DNA of 51,036 bases, taken from IMG/VR virus record IMGVR_UViG_3300029775_000002, positions 1 to 51,036 of that record; one strand, written 5' to 3'. Below, piece by piece: positions 27,965-38,351 of this stretch; position 1 is the first letter of the stretch, and each line of letters opens with the position of its first letter. Under the pieces are notes generated by a model that did not search any database, had not been told where the DNA came from, and saw only the letters and a program-made list of their open reading frames with translations. The stretch comes from a virus. The position numbers and the translations under genes are program-made.

Positions 27965-30900
27965 ATGGCGGTCGGTGAGCTTGTTGTTAGTATCATAGGG
28001 GATATGAAAGAACTTTCCAAGACGTTTTCGCAAGTTCAAAAGGAAATTGGCGAAGTTGGAAAAACATTCACATCTCTAGGCTCTTCTCTCAGCTCCACTG
28101 GGTCCGCAATGACCACCGGGATAACCGCCCCAATAGTCGCGACGGGCCTAGCTATCGGAGGAGTCACAAAAGAGGCTATGGGCTTTCAAAAAGAAATGAC
28201 CCAGGTTTTTACCCTGATGCCTAACGTTTCCCGGTCTACAATGAACTCCATGGAAAACGATATTAAGAGTTTTTCAAAGGAGATGGGAGTAACTACTACA
28301 CGCGTCATTCCTGCTCTTTATGATGCCATAGGCTCCGGAGTTCCTGAAGATAACGTTTTTAATTTTTTAGAGGTCGCTCATAAAGGCGCGGTAGCTAACG
28401 TTACAGACATAGGCGTAGCTGTTGACGGGCTTACATCTATTCTAAACGCATATGGCTACGAAAATATAACGGCGGCTGAGGCTTCCGACATCCTTTTTAC
28501 AGGGATTAATGTTGGGAAAATGTCTTATGAGGAGTTAGGCCAGTCGCTTAGTAGTGTTGTCCCCACAGCCGCATCAATTGGAGTAAAATTTGGTGACATT
28601 ACGGCAGCCCTTGCAGCAATGACCGCACAGGGCACGCCCACTTCTGAAGCAACAACACAGCTAAATAGACTTTTATCAGAACTGTCTAAAAATGGAACGG
28701 TAGTATCCGATTCATTTAAAGAACTGACTGGGAAGTCGTTTTATAAATTTATTCAGGAAGGTGGAACTCTTCAAGATGCCATCAAAATACTAGATGAAGG
28801 ATTTGTTAGTCTAGACCCGAACATAAAAAAGATTCAAGAACAAATGTACCAGCTCGCAGATCCAACCTCAAATCTTGGAATGGAATTCGAGGGTGTTGCT
28901 GGAAAATCGTTTAAGGAATTCAGAAAAGAGGGGGGTACAGTTGAGCAAGCTCTTGAAATGCTGGGGGTAACATCTGAAAGTTCAATAGAAAGAGTATCTG
29001 AATTATTCGGAAGTATAGAAGCGGGCAATGCCATTTTATCGCTAACAGGTCAAGGCGCTACAATTTTTAATGATGCACTTATAGAAATGGAAAACAGTGC
29101 AGGGGCTACTGATCGCGCTTATGCAATGATGTCAGAAACTGCATCTGGAAGCATTGATAGAATTATTGCTCGGCTCCAGGTCGCAGCCGTTGAGATGGGT
29201 GAAAAATTCATACCCATAGTCGAAGATACCATAGTCCCTCTTATTACTGATGCATTTATTCCGGCTTTGGAAGTCGCAGTCGATGTTATAGGGGTAGTCG
29301 CAGACGCTTTTAATAAGCTTCCTCAGCCTGTTAAAGTTGTTATCCTGGCAGTTACCGCTTTTATAGCAGCTCTCGGGCCTGTCCTGGTCGCGGTCGGTGC
29401 CGTGGTAGAGTCTATCGGTGTATTAGCGGTAGCATTTGGTTCGGGTGGAGCCCTGGCTGGAGCTATTAGTTTTATTTCTGCTACTATATTACCTGCTCTA
29501 AGTACAGCGTTTGGAATTATAGCATATACCGTAATCCCAATCGTGATCGAAGCTATAGCTCTTCTAGCTACCCCATTCGGTCTAGTTGCAGCCGCACTTG
29601 TTGCGTTTGGTTTAGCTTGGAAATATAACTGGTTTGACATTCAGGGTAAGTTCCAGGCTGCAAAAACCTCCATAGAAACAGCTGTAAGAAACTTTTCGAA
29701 TACGCTGCAGCAGCTATGGCATGGGCTGATAATGGCAGCCGGAAACCTGAAAACGAACCTCTCAACGATTTGGGATACAATCAAAACGGTTTTCTCGACT
29801 GTCGGAAATGTGATTATTTCAGCGGTTCAGAGTATGTATGCTGGACTCCAGAGCAGGTATAATTCCTTGATAGCTGCAGGGCAGAGCCTACTTGCTTCCT
29901 GGCGCACTCACTGGACGAATTTCCAGACAGCCATCAGCACAGCTGCAGGGACGATATCAAACTATCTCAGTACACTGTACTCAAACATTCAGGCCCGGTT
30001 TGCAAGCATCAAAACATCCGCGGCTTCTATCCTAGCCGCATGGAAAACTCATTGGAACAACTTCATGGCCGCAACCTCAGCAGCTGCTTCAGCTCTGTCA
30101 AGTGCCCTTTCTTCCATGCTCTCTTACGTTCAGAGCCGGTTCAACCAGATCAAAAGCGCAGCCTCTTCTATTCTCTCAGCCTGGAAAACTCACTGGAACA
30201 ATTTCAAGAGCGCAACGAGTTCAGCCGCGAGTTCAATTAACAGCGCGTTAGGCTCAATGCTGTCTTATGTTCAGAGCAGATTCAACTCCATAAAATCTGC
30301 AGCTGCTTCAATCCTCGGCGCATGGAAAACGCACTGGAATAACTTTGTATCTGCTACAAAAACCGCCGCGAGTAACATAAGCAGCACATTAAGCTCCATG
30401 CTCTCTAACATGCAGAGCAGGTTCAACTCTATAAAATCAGCCGTGTTAAGCTTACTGAACGACTGGAAAGCTCGCTGGAACACCATTATAAGCTCCACGA
30501 AGACAGCAGGCTCTCAGGTAGTAAACGCAGTAAAAGGTATAGCCTCGGATGTAAAAGCCCTGGTATCAAGTTTCTCAGCTGCAGGACGGGCTATAATGGA
30601 CGCTCTGTATGATTCTATATCGTCTGGATTCAGTAAAGCAATTAAAAAGGCCAAGGACTCCCTGAAGGAACTGAAATCTTACCTGCCTTCTTCTCCTGCT
30701 GAAAAAGGTCCTTTCCATGTTCTACCTAACTGGGATGCCGCTTTTTCAGATCCTATCGAGGCTTCAATCAAAAAAGTCAGGTCCATGTCTGGAGATCTGA
30801 GAAGCGCACTATCAGGACTCAGAAGCCCTATAGATTCTTCTCTATCAGCTGGATTCAGCAGGATCTCGAATATTACAAACTCTTCTACCACGTACGGAGG

Positions 30901-31018
30901 GGACACCATAAGCATTGGTCCCAATACCATAAGCAATGGTATTGACCTGCAGGCAATAATCGCAGAGATCGAGAGGCAGACAGCTAACAAACGCAGGGCA
31001 AGGGGGCTTTACAAATGA
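27965..31018 (+). CDS. Tape measure protein (TP901-type)
   Basis: 1017 aa, Ala/Ser/Gly-rich, AVGELVVSI start, Trp-periodic repeats. Confidence 0.92.
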   Translation: MAVGELVVSIIGDMKELSKTFSQVQKEIGEVGKTFTSLGSSLSSTGSAMTTGITAPIVATGLAIGGVTKEAMGFQKEMTQVFTLMPNVSRSTMNSMENDIKSFSKEMGVTTTRVIPALYDAIGSGVPEDNVFNFLEVAHKGAVANVTDIGVAVDGLTSILNAYGYENITAAEASDILFTGINVGKMSYEELGQSLSSVVPTAASIGVKFGDITAALAAMTAQGTPTSEATTQLNRLLSELSKNGTVVSDSFKELTGKSFYKFIQEGGTLQDAIKILDEGFVSLDPNIKKIQEQMYQLADPTSNLGMEFEGVAGKSFKEFRKEGGTVEQALEMLGVTSESSIERVSELFGSIEAGNAILSLTGQGATIFNDALIEMENSAGATDRAYAMMSETASGSIDRIIARLQVAAVEMGEKFIPIVEDTIVPLITDAFIPALEVAVDVIGVVADAFNKLPQPVKVVILAVTAFIAALGPVLVAVGAVVESIGVLAVAFGSGGALAGAISFISATILPALSTAFGIIAYTVIPIVIEAIALLATPFGLVAAALVAFGLAWKYNWFDIQGKFQAAKTSIETAVRNFSNTLQQLWHGLIMAAGNLKTNLSTIWDTIKTVFSTVGNVIISAVQSMYAGLQSRYNSLIAAGQSLLASWRTHWTNFQTAISTAAGTISNYLSTLYSNIQARFASIKTSAASILAAWKTHWNNFMAATSAAASALSSALSSMLSYVQSRFNQIKSAASSILSAWKTHWNNFKSATSSAASSINSALGSMLSYVQSRFNSIKSAAASILGAWKTHWNNFVSATKTAASNISSTLSSMLSNMQSRFNSIKSAVLSLLNDWKARWNTIISSTKTAGSQVVNAVKGIASDVKALVSSFSAAGRAIMDALYDSISSGFSKAIKKAKDSLKELKSYLPSSPAEKGPFHVLPNWDAAFSDPIEASIKKVRSMSGDLRSALSGLRSPIDSSLSAGFSRISNITNSSTTYGGDTISIGPNTISNGIDLQAIIAEIERQTANKRRARGLYK
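29900..30604 (+). repeat. Five 141-bp (47-aa) tandem repeats in the TMP
   Basis: W(K/R)(T/A)(H/R)W codons start at 29900, 30041, 30182, 30323 and 30464. Confidence 0.9.
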
Positions 31019-31362
31019 GCTTTTTATCAGTGACTTTCGCAGGGCTTCCGGTAACTGCTTATCAAGACACTGAAAAAAATTTCACGGTAACAGCGAAGGA
31101 AGTGCAGCTTTATAACGGCGATTTTTTCGCTGCTATAAGCAACAAAAAACGAGATTTCCCCCGCTCTTTCGACTGCTATACAGAGGATTATACCGAGATC
31201 TCCAATCTAGCGGACGCTATCGGCACATTCGGCACTCTGGTTATAGAAGGTGAAAGTTTTCCAGACTGTTATATTTCGGGGATTGGTGGAATCAAGGAAG
31301 TTGTCCGGGGATCCGGAAAATTCGTATACAATATAAAATTTTCAAAGGTCGATCAACATTGA
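31015..31362 (+). CDS. Distal-tail-like protein (tentative)
   Basis: Immediately after the TMP; beta-rich. Confidence 0.5.
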   Translation: MSFLSVTFAGLPVTAYQDTEKNFTVTAKEVQLYNGDFFAAISNKKRDFPRSFDCYTEDYTEISNLADAIGTFGTLVIEGESFPDCYISGIGGIKEVVRGSGKFVYNIKFSKVDQH

Positions 31363-31487
31363 CAGCAACAGAAACAGCGTCCCTTACGGTCATTGATATC
31401 AAATCTAGGGACCGCGAGGGCAACATAACCGAGCATATCAGGATACATTCAGATGGAAAAGAGGAGGTCTTAGTATCGCGACGCTAA
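31359..31487 (+). CDS. Small hypothetical protein (42 aa)
   Basis: TTG start overlaps the previous stop; MTATETASLTVIDIKSRDREG…. Confidence 0.35.
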   Translation: MTATETASLTVIDIKSRDREGNITEHIRIHSDGKEEVLVSRR

Positions 31488-31861
31488 CCGATAAGGCACT
31501 TGAAGGAACTGCCAGGATGATTATAGGGGGCTCTCCCCCAAATCCCTTTACCTACATGGCAACAGGCACAGGAGCGGGGGCAGAGAGTACAGCAAGTACC
31601 GCACTTGAGAACGAAAATACACAGTACGGAGCACAGAGGGCGCAGGCGACCGTATCTTATGTCAGTCTTGGGATTTCACAGTGGTCTATATTGTATGCGT
31701 TTACAGGCCCTGTGACTATTCGAGAACTGGGGATATTCAACGCTTCCGTAGGCGGTGACATGTTCTTAAGGCATGTGCTCTCGGAAAATAAAAACTACTC
31801 CGATGGCGAGAGCGTGGAAATTACCATCACAAATACGAATACAAGGGTACTGGTGCTGTAA
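31475..31861 (+). CDS. Tail-tip structural protein; possible non-canonical ATC start
   Basis: FTYMATGTG…TALENE…IRELGIFNA pattern; GAGGAGGT 6 nt before an in-frame ATC at 31475 (first ATG at 31517). Confidence 0.6.
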   Translation: MATLTDKALEGTARMIIGGSPPNPFTYMATGTGAGAESTASTALENENTQYGAQRAQATVSYVSLGISQWSILYAFTGPVTIRELGIFNASVGGDMFLRHVLSENKNYSDGESVEITITNTNTRVLVL

Positions 31862-31863
31862 TC

Positions 31864-32460
31864 ATGGTTACGCTCAATATTATCCCTGCACATGATCCTC
31901 CATATTCAGTTGATGATAATGGAGCAGTTCATATTATCCTTAAGGATATCGCGAACTCATATTTGGATGGTAGCAACCCGAAGAAGGATTTTATAATCCC
32001 AATGTCAAAGGATCAAAAAAATGACATGAGTAGGGCGGTTGTACTCGCAACCGAAGAAGCGATTGATTATTTCAGGAAAGAAGCTGAGAAAATCGAGTAC
32101 AGGGACTCTGTTCTAACCAAAATGAAAGATGTCAAAATTCCGTCCATTATTTTTGAGGGAGATCCTGACAACTATGAAAAAATTGAAAAAAAGGGGAGCA
32201 AATGGGATGAAATAATTATATCGGATTCTATATGGATTAAACCTGTTAGTCCGAATATTTATGAAGTTACCGCGTCGGTGGTTGGCAAAAACAGGGTGCG
32301 GGCAGAGGCTAAACCTGTAACGGTCAGGTGGAATAAGAATTCAGGGACAGCGAGTTGTCAGGACGATTTGATTTTAGCATTTCGCGAAAAGGAAGATTTG
32401 ACGAAAAATCTGATAATCGATAATCTAAAAGCAGGAATTGGAACCGTATTACCAGAATAA
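31864..32460 (+). CDS. Hypothetical protein in the tail module
   Basis: 198-aa ORF, co-oriented with the tail genes. Confidence 0.55.
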   Translation: MVTLNIIPAHDPPYSVDDNGAVHIILKDIANSYLDGSNPKKDFIIPMSKDQKNDMSRAVVLATEEAIDYFRKEAEKIEYRDSVLTKMKDVKIPSIIFEGDPDNYEKIEKKGSKWDEIIISDSIWIKPVSPNIYEVTASVVGKNRVRAEAKPVTVRWNKNSGTASCQDDLILAFREKEDLTKNLIIDNLKAGIGTVLPE

Positions 32461-32473
32461 TGGAGTGTAAAAC

Positions 32474-32857
32474 ATGGCACTATCAAAAGAATCTACAATA
32501 ATCTTGAATGGAGCAGCTATTGCCGCGAACAGTGCAAGTCCTGAAAGCACAGGAGTAGATCTATCGCAGGCGGTTGATTTTGGTATAGGGTATAAAATGA
32601 CATTTGCAGGAACCGCAACCAATGGGGCAAGAATTGTTTTATATGCTGATCCTGCAGGTGGTTCAATTTCTTTCACAATAGGGGCATATGATAATCCCTG
32701 TGATGCTGAAGATATCCGTGTAAACGCTGGAAAAACTGTGCAGGGTTTTGCACAGATGCAGAGAGCACCTAAATTCGTAAGAGCCAAAGTTGTAAACCTT
32801 GATTCAAGCCAAAGCCTAACGAACTGTTCGCTCTGGGCAATTGTGCAGAAACCTTAA
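32474..32857 (+). CDS. Virion structural protein (beta-rich)
   Basis: GGAGTG RBS; jelly-roll-like composition. Confidence 0.5.
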   Translation: MALSKESTIILNGAAIAANSASPESTGVDLSQAVDFGIGYKMTFAGTATNGARIVLYADPAGGSISFTIGAYDNPCDAEDIRVNAGKTVQGFAQMQRAPKFVRAKVVNLDSSQSLTNCSLWAIVQKP

Positions 32858-32872
32858 TGATAGGGTGGAAAT

Positions 32873-35800
32873 GTGCAGCCTTTCCTCGCTTGGAAGTATA
32901 AGCTAGAAGTCCATGTCACAGGATTTTCGACGACTAAGGATTTCCTGGCTAACATTACCCTTCTCTATCGTCCAGGTATGCGGGCAGACTTCCGGGATAT
33001 AAGAGCCTCTACCAAAACAGGGGCGAAAATCCCTCTGTTTATCGAGTCTGTAACGGAGTTCAACCAAGCTTTTATCTGGTTTAAACTTCCTAAAAATTGC
33101 GATTTCTTTTATATATACTACGGAAACGGCGGGGCAACTTCCGAAAGCGACGGTAAGAAGGTTTTCACATTCTTTGACCATTTTGAGAAATTGGATTCCA
33201 CTGTCTGGCGTTTAATAGCCGGCTTAGCGACTGTTTCAAAGTCGATACTCACGCTTCAAAACACGTCACAGAGTAGCGTTTTAGAAAGCTACTCGACATT
33301 TTCCCCTAACACAGTGGTGGAAATCAGGGCACAGTACAACGCAGGCAACCGCACAATCTTTGGATACCGGAGTTACAGCTCACAAAAAGCAGCAGCCTGG
33401 CAGAGCTCGGCAGCAGGAGACGCGAATAATCAGAGGTTCGCTCACAACGGATCGAATGGGAATTGGGATTCAGACGGAGTTAACAGGGCTGGCAGCGCCT
33501 ATTATGTCTATGGGGTTGCTCATATCGCTGCAGGCCCGCTTTACTACGTCAATTATACCTATCGCGGGACCATTGCAGATTACATCCCCGGAAACGTCTC
33601 CCTGCCTGTTCAGTTCTATTGCTACTCAAATACAGGACCATTCAGGGTCGATTGGGTTAGGGTACGGGACTACGACGAAACCCTACCAACCTTGACAATA
33701 GGGCGGAAGTTCACAACCCAGCCTAAAGGATTTCCCTGGGATAATGCAATTACAGAGGCAAATACCAGGATGGGAATGTATCCATCCGTAAATATAAAGT
33801 CATTTTTAAAAAATATTAATACTAAATTAGGGATGAAAGCGAGCGTCATGTTCAGACGGCCGCTTTTCTATAGCCCCCAGCTCAGAAGTCCTTATCCTCG
33901 CTGGAAATACAAAGGAGAAATAGAACTTGGAGACCAGGAGAGCCCTGCACGGGTAAGGCTCCATATTCAACCAGGCATGGCTCTCGACGGGCGAGATCTG
34001 AGATTCACGGACAGAGCAGGGAACGACCTTAATTTTAATATTTTTGATATCGGGTCTGACTATCTCGACTGCTGGGTCGAGATCCCTGCTGGAACTCGTA
34101 TAATAGATTTTTATTACGGTAACGGGGTTGCTGAATCGAAAAGCAACTCTGGAATTGTGGGCGTCCCTGATACAGAAACGATCGTAACCGTAACCCCCCA
34201 TATAGGCGGAGGGGGCGACGTCTGGCAGTTTCCAGGCTGGAAATATTGGCAGGAAATAAACCTCTCGGCTACATCCTCAGCGACAGGAGGCGAGCAGGTC
34301 CTTATATTTATCCCCTACCGCCCAGGCATGACAGACGACGGGCGAGACCTTAGATTTTTTGATAAGGAAGGGAATAAGCTTTCGTACTTCTTAGAAACCA
34401 TTACATCCTCGACATTTTCGGTATGGGTAAAACTTCCTGCTCTCCATGATAAAATAATAATGTTTTTCGGCAACGGTCTTGCTACCTCTGAAAGTTCTGC
34501 ATCGGATGTTTTCGACCTTTTTGACGATTTCGAAGGTTCGACCATCGGGTCTGAGTGGACCGTTGCCGGCGGGTCTGCATCTGTAAGCAACTCGACTCTG
34601 GTATTAGGGGGTGCACAAAACAGTTTAATCCGGGGATCCTCTACTTTCGGACCAGGGCATCTGGTAGAAATGAGGATGTCCCACCCGAACCAAAACCAGA
34701 CCATTTGCGGGTTCTGGTCGGCAACTAATCAGCGGGCCTGCTGGTTAGGGGCTTTCGGGACAAACTACAACGACCATGTGCATACTTATAATGGGTCTAA
34801 TTCGACATCAACAAACGATGGAGTAAACCGAAGCGGGACGTCCTTTTATAAGTATGGGATTACTTACGAGCTTGGAAGTATAGGGTTCTATGTAAATGAT
34901 AGCTTCCGGCGTACCGTGACGGCGACGACTCCAACCGGTAATATTCCTCTATCATTCTACAGCACTGCAAATGAAGGCAATCTTGTGGTCGATTGGGTTA
35001 GGGTCCGTAAAATTACCAGCATAACTGGGACTCTCGGGAAGCTAAGAAGGCAAACTGGGACGACATATTACGAGACCGTAACCGAAGAAATAATAGAAGT
35101 CGTTCCTGAGATCCGGATAACCCACCGGCCACAGTGGAATGCACCACAAATTTATTATGAATACATTAAGACACCCTCGTCTTTTATGGGGATGGTCCCA
35201 GGAGAGCCGACATTTAAGGAGCGTCGGGAGCTCGGGGATTATGCTATTGTATCCTGTGAAGTCAATCGATCCATTAATGACGCCTATATTCAACTCTCTA
35301 CAGAGTTCCAAAACCTTACTGTCCCTCCAGAAGGCAGCACGATAAAACATAATGCATATGACTCGCATGGCAACCCTCACTTATTATTCCATGGAAAAAT
35401 ATTAACTAATTCGCCGACTCACGGACATTATTCCCAAACCGTAAAAATGCACGCGGCGGATAACAGTATAAACCTAGTAACTCAGCCAGTCCCCTGGGTA
35501 TATCAGGTAATTGATACAGCAGTGGATACAGTCCCTAACTGGCTTGTAAGGATTTTAGAGCCTGAAAAGTCGGGGGTGTATCCTAAAACGCTTATAGATA
35601 CTAACAAAGAGCCTAAACAGTTTGTTTTCGATCCTAAAACCAAAAAACTAGAGGCAATAAAGGAGCTTGCAAAATACGCAGGATGCCTGTATCAGACCAG
35701 GCTAATAACCAGGGAAATAGACGGGACCCCTATAATACGACCTGAATTTTATTTCGTCCCACCTGAAAGGATTGACGAGCCAGTTAACGGTTTTGATCTA

Positions 35801-36580
35801 CCCACTCCCCTAATCTTAGATGCCGATGCCTGCAAGATTTCCAGTGATCCCCAGGTCACAAACGAAAGCGAGGAAAAATATAACTCTGTCCTAGTTTATG
35901 GAGTCCTTAGCGAGAACGGGGAAAGTGTAGTCGCTCAAGCATTTTCTTATGAGGTCTATACAGGAGAACAAAAACCTAAAGTATATATTATTGAAGATAA
36001 CGCGATCACGGAAAAAGGCAGCACAGCCGAGCGTGAAGCCATAAAATGGCTCTTGTATTTCCTTTCTAAGCGGGTAAAGGTTACTATGTCTTTTGTGGAC
36101 CGGTTCGACCTGGAGCTGTATCAGAGAATCCGTTTTGGACCGGGATTTTCAAACAAGCTGCAAGAGCTTACCAGCTCCACCCAGGTTCAGCAAGTCACAG
36201 CCTGCGATCCTAGAGACATCGAGAACTCTACTCACCTTATAGATGTCTCGGGGGTCCCCCGCCCGGCATGGCTGCGGATTTCCGACATAAAATATCATAG
36301 TGAGCATAAACTAGAAACGGTAGCTGTCACTGCAATCACCGATAATATATATTCTGTAGTTGACCCAATAGTCCCTGAGCCGTATAACGAGTACCTGAGC
36401 CCAGGATACTATAAACCGGTAATAGATGACCTTGTGGATACAACCCAGTCGATAGTAGAGGATAAGTTAGAAAAACAATTAACCCCTGAGAGCTGCACGG
36501 TCCTGAGCATAAACGAGGAAAATAAAACCGCAGTAGTGCAAACCGCGAGTGGTAAAATTGTAACGGTGTCTCTCGCATGA
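32873..36580 (+). CDS. Tail-tip adhesin: three DUF2341 domains plus lectin-like modules fused to a C-terminal hub-like domain
   Basis: Three WKY…M..D.RD.R…W.K.P…Y(Y/F)GNG units, two followed by FD.FE…VDWVRVR; C-terminal half resembles baseplate hub proteins. Confidence 0.7.
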   Translation: MQPFLAWKYKLEVHVTGFSTTKDFLANITLLYRPGMRADFRDIRASTKTGAKIPLFIESVTEFNQAFIWFKLPKNCDFFYIYYGNGGATSESDGKKVFTFFDHFEKLDSTVWRLIAGLATVSKSILTLQNTSQSSVLESYSTFSPNTVVEIRAQYNAGNRTIFGYRSYSSQKAAAWQSSAAGDANNQRFAHNGSNGNWDSDGVNRAGSAYYVYGVAHIAAGPLYYVNYTYRGTIADYIPGNVSLPVQFYCYSNTGPFRVDWVRVRDYDETLPTLTIGRKFTTQPKGFPWDNAITEANTRMGMYPSVNIKSFLKNINTKLGMKASVMFRRPLFYSPQLRSPYPRWKYKGEIELGDQESPARVRLHIQPGMALDGRDLRFTDRAGNDLNFNIFDIGSDYLDCWVEIPAGTRIIDFYYGNGVAESKSNSGIVGVPDTETIVTVTPHIGGGGDVWQFPGWKYWQEINLSATSSATGGEQVLIFIPYRPGMTDDGRDLRFFDKEGNKLSYFLETITSSTFSVWVKLPALHDKIIMFFGNGLATSESSASDVFDLFDDFEGSTIGSEWTVAGGSASVSNSTLVLGGAQNSLIRGSSTFGPGHLVEMRMSHPNQNQTICGFWSATNQRACWLGAFGTNYNDHVHTYNGSNSTSTNDGVNRSGTSFYKYGITYELGSIGFYVNDSFRRTVTATTPTGNIPLSFYSTANEGNLVVDWVRVRKITSITGTLGKLRRQTGTTYYETVTEEIIEVVPEIRITHRPQWNAPQIYYEYIKTPSSFMGMVPGEPTFKERRELGDYAIVSCEVNRSINDAYIQLSTEFQNLTVPPEGSTIKHNAYDSHGNPHLLFHGKILTNSPTHGHYSQTVKMHAADNSINLVTQPVPWVYQVIDTAVDTVPNWLVRILEPEKSGVYPKTLIDTNKEPKQFVFDPKTKKLEAIKELAKYAGCLYQTRLITREIDGTPIIRPEFYFVPPERIDEPVNGFDLPTPLILDADACKISSDPQVTNESEEKYNSVLVYGVLSENGESVVAQAFSYEVYTGEQKPKVYIIEDNAITEKGSTAEREAIKWLLYFLSKRVKVTMSFVDRFDLELYQRIRFGPGFSNKLQELTSSTQVQQVTACDPRDIENSTHLIDVSGVPRPAWLRISDIKYHSEHKLETVAVTAITDNIYSVVDPIVPEPYNEYLSPGYYKPVIDDLVDTTQSIVEDKLEKQLTPESCTVLSINEENKTAVVQTASGKIVTVSLA

Positions 36581-38076
36581 CTACTGTATATGTTTCGAGC
36601 CTGGGAACTGATGAATACACAGTGGACGGTACAGCCGACGACATCCAGATAAACCAGGCTCTCTTATACGCTCATAATAACGGGACAGATGCCAGCCCGG
36701 TAACGGTTTATCTTCGAGGCCCTTTTACTTATGAGCTTACTTCCTGGTTGCTGGTTGGGAATAATACTATTTTTACAGGAGACAAGACCGCAAAGCTCAG
36801 GCTAAAAAATAATGCAGGCTGGCAAAATATATATACTGCTCAGGACCCTGGCACAGAACCTCTTTTGAAACAGAGAGTCAACCCTATCAGAAATGTCGAG
36901 GTCCACAACTTCGAAATCGATGCAAATAAAGATAATCAAGCCGGTTATGTGCATGGAAAACTAAATTACATTATAATGTTTTTTACAAATGCAACAAATA
37001 TTTCAATGCATGATATGTATATTCATGATGGGCAAAGCGACGGTATGCGGATGGCAAACAGCAATACTCTTTACTTTTTTAATAACAGAGTTGAGCGTAT
37101 GGGTCACGACGGCTGTTTCTTTCTCAGGTCTCAGAACTTCTTGATTTTTGGGAATGTAACTAAAATAAGAACCAACAGTGCACATAGAGTTTATAATACT
37201 GGGAATGGAAAGATTTTTAACAATTATATGGAGCCTTACGCCCTAAATTCGTTAGCGGGGAACCCTGGTATACAAATCGAGCACGGGGATGAGGCTTATG
37301 ATATGTCAGGTATTGAAGTATACGAAAATGAAATTGTGGACGCTTGGGGGGAAGGGATGTGGTTTATCGAGTATGGGACAGGCTCAAACCAATCAGATAA
37401 GGGGTTATATGTTCACGATAATATTATCAGGGGCTGCGGGCGGATCACTACCATAAATTATAATGGCGGGATTTCGATAGGGGGCTGGAATGGGGCAGTA
37501 TTTGAGAGAAATATAATCGAAGACTGTTATAATACAGGATTTCAAGTATATACGGCTGCAGGGGCTCCAACTACCATTTATTTGAGAGATAATATAATAA
37601 ATGGGACTCTAATTACAAATAATAGTACAAAACAGGTCTGGACAGGTTATGGGGTAGTATGTCCATCTGGTTATAATACAACAGTTCAGGCTACAGGGAA
37701 TGGGCTTGACGGGAATGCAATCGGTGATTACTACGGAAATGTTACATATATCGATGCAATCCGCGCGGCTTGCAGGATGGGACTGTTTGCGGCTGCGCCC
37801 TCATTCACAGAGCATAAAGAACAGGAAGAATCAGAAGAGGTAAAACCAGGGGATTGGGGGCTTGTTCTGCCCTCAGATGGTGGAAAATACAAATATATAT
37901 TCTATCCGTTCAAAGTTCCAAGTGTTGGCGAACGGTGTTTAATTTACCCTGCGCATTCTAGAAAATATTATTTATTAAAACTTGCACAGGATACTAAACC
38001 TGGTGAGCGGATCATAGCAGTGCATGATAAAAAAGGAAATTCGTGGGGCATATCTGCATCAACTACCCCACGATAA
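36577..38076 (+). CDS. Tailspike-like right-handed beta-helix protein, disaggregatase-related
   Basis: TVYV…DGTADDIQINQAL…TVYLRGPFTY, DMYIHDGQSDG.R, GHDG.F, RTNS and PGIQIE motifs, as recalled for Methanosarcina disaggregatase-like proteins. Confidence 0.75.
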   Translation: MTTVYVSSLGTDEYTVDGTADDIQINQALLYAHNNGTDASPVTVYLRGPFTYELTSWLLVGNNTIFTGDKTAKLRLKNNAGWQNIYTAQDPGTEPLLKQRVNPIRNVEVHNFEIDANKDNQAGYVHGKLNYIIMFFTNATNISMHDMYIHDGQSDGMRMANSNTLYFFNNRVERMGHDGCFFLRSQNFLIFGNVTKIRTNSAHRVYNTGNGKIFNNYMEPYALNSLAGNPGIQIEHGDEAYDMSGIEVYENEIVDAWGEGMWFIEYGTGSNQSDKGLYVHDNIIRGCGRITTINYNGGISIGGWNGAVFERNIIEDCYNTGFQVYTAAGAPTTIYLRDNIINGTLITNNSTKQVWTGYGVVCPSGYNTTVQATGNGLDGNAIGDYYGNVTYIDAIRAACRMGLFAAAPSFTEHKEQEESEEVKPGDWGLVLPSDGGKYKYIFYPFKVPSVGERCLIYPAHSRKYYLLKLAQDTKPGERIIAVHDKKGNSWGISASTTPR

Positions 38077-38141
38077 CCTATTCTAAGTTACTCTCTCTCA
38101 TTCTCTCGGATTTCCCCATATATCCCTTGCGTCCTCGCTCA

Positions 38142-38300
38142 TCATCGCTCAGCTTCAACCCCCTTGAGGAACTCAGTAGCTACAGCGCATTTATCGCCAT
38201 CGTTCCATATGACGAATGTTTCAAGATCGTTGCTCATCTGTACGCGCCCGATTGTAGGGAGATTTCCGAATTTTACCGTTTGACCGATTTTAAAACTCAT
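38142..38300 (-). CDS. Small SH3-like hypothetical protein (52 aa, not in ORF track)
   Basis: MSFKIGQTVKFGNLPTIGRVQMSNDLETFVIWNDG…, downstream of the repeated promoter. Confidence 0.55.
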   Translation of the reverse strand: MSFKIGQTVKFGNLPTIGRVQMSNDLETFVIWNDGDKCAVATEFLKGVEAER

Positions 38301-38351
38301 CTTTTTTGGCTCCGTGATTTTTTATTTTATGTCTGGGCACTTTTGTCTTAG

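Noticed and set aside
32873-38076. Diversity-generating retroelement targeting tail adhesins
   Set aside because: No reverse transcriptase and no TR/VR pair differing at adenines was seen
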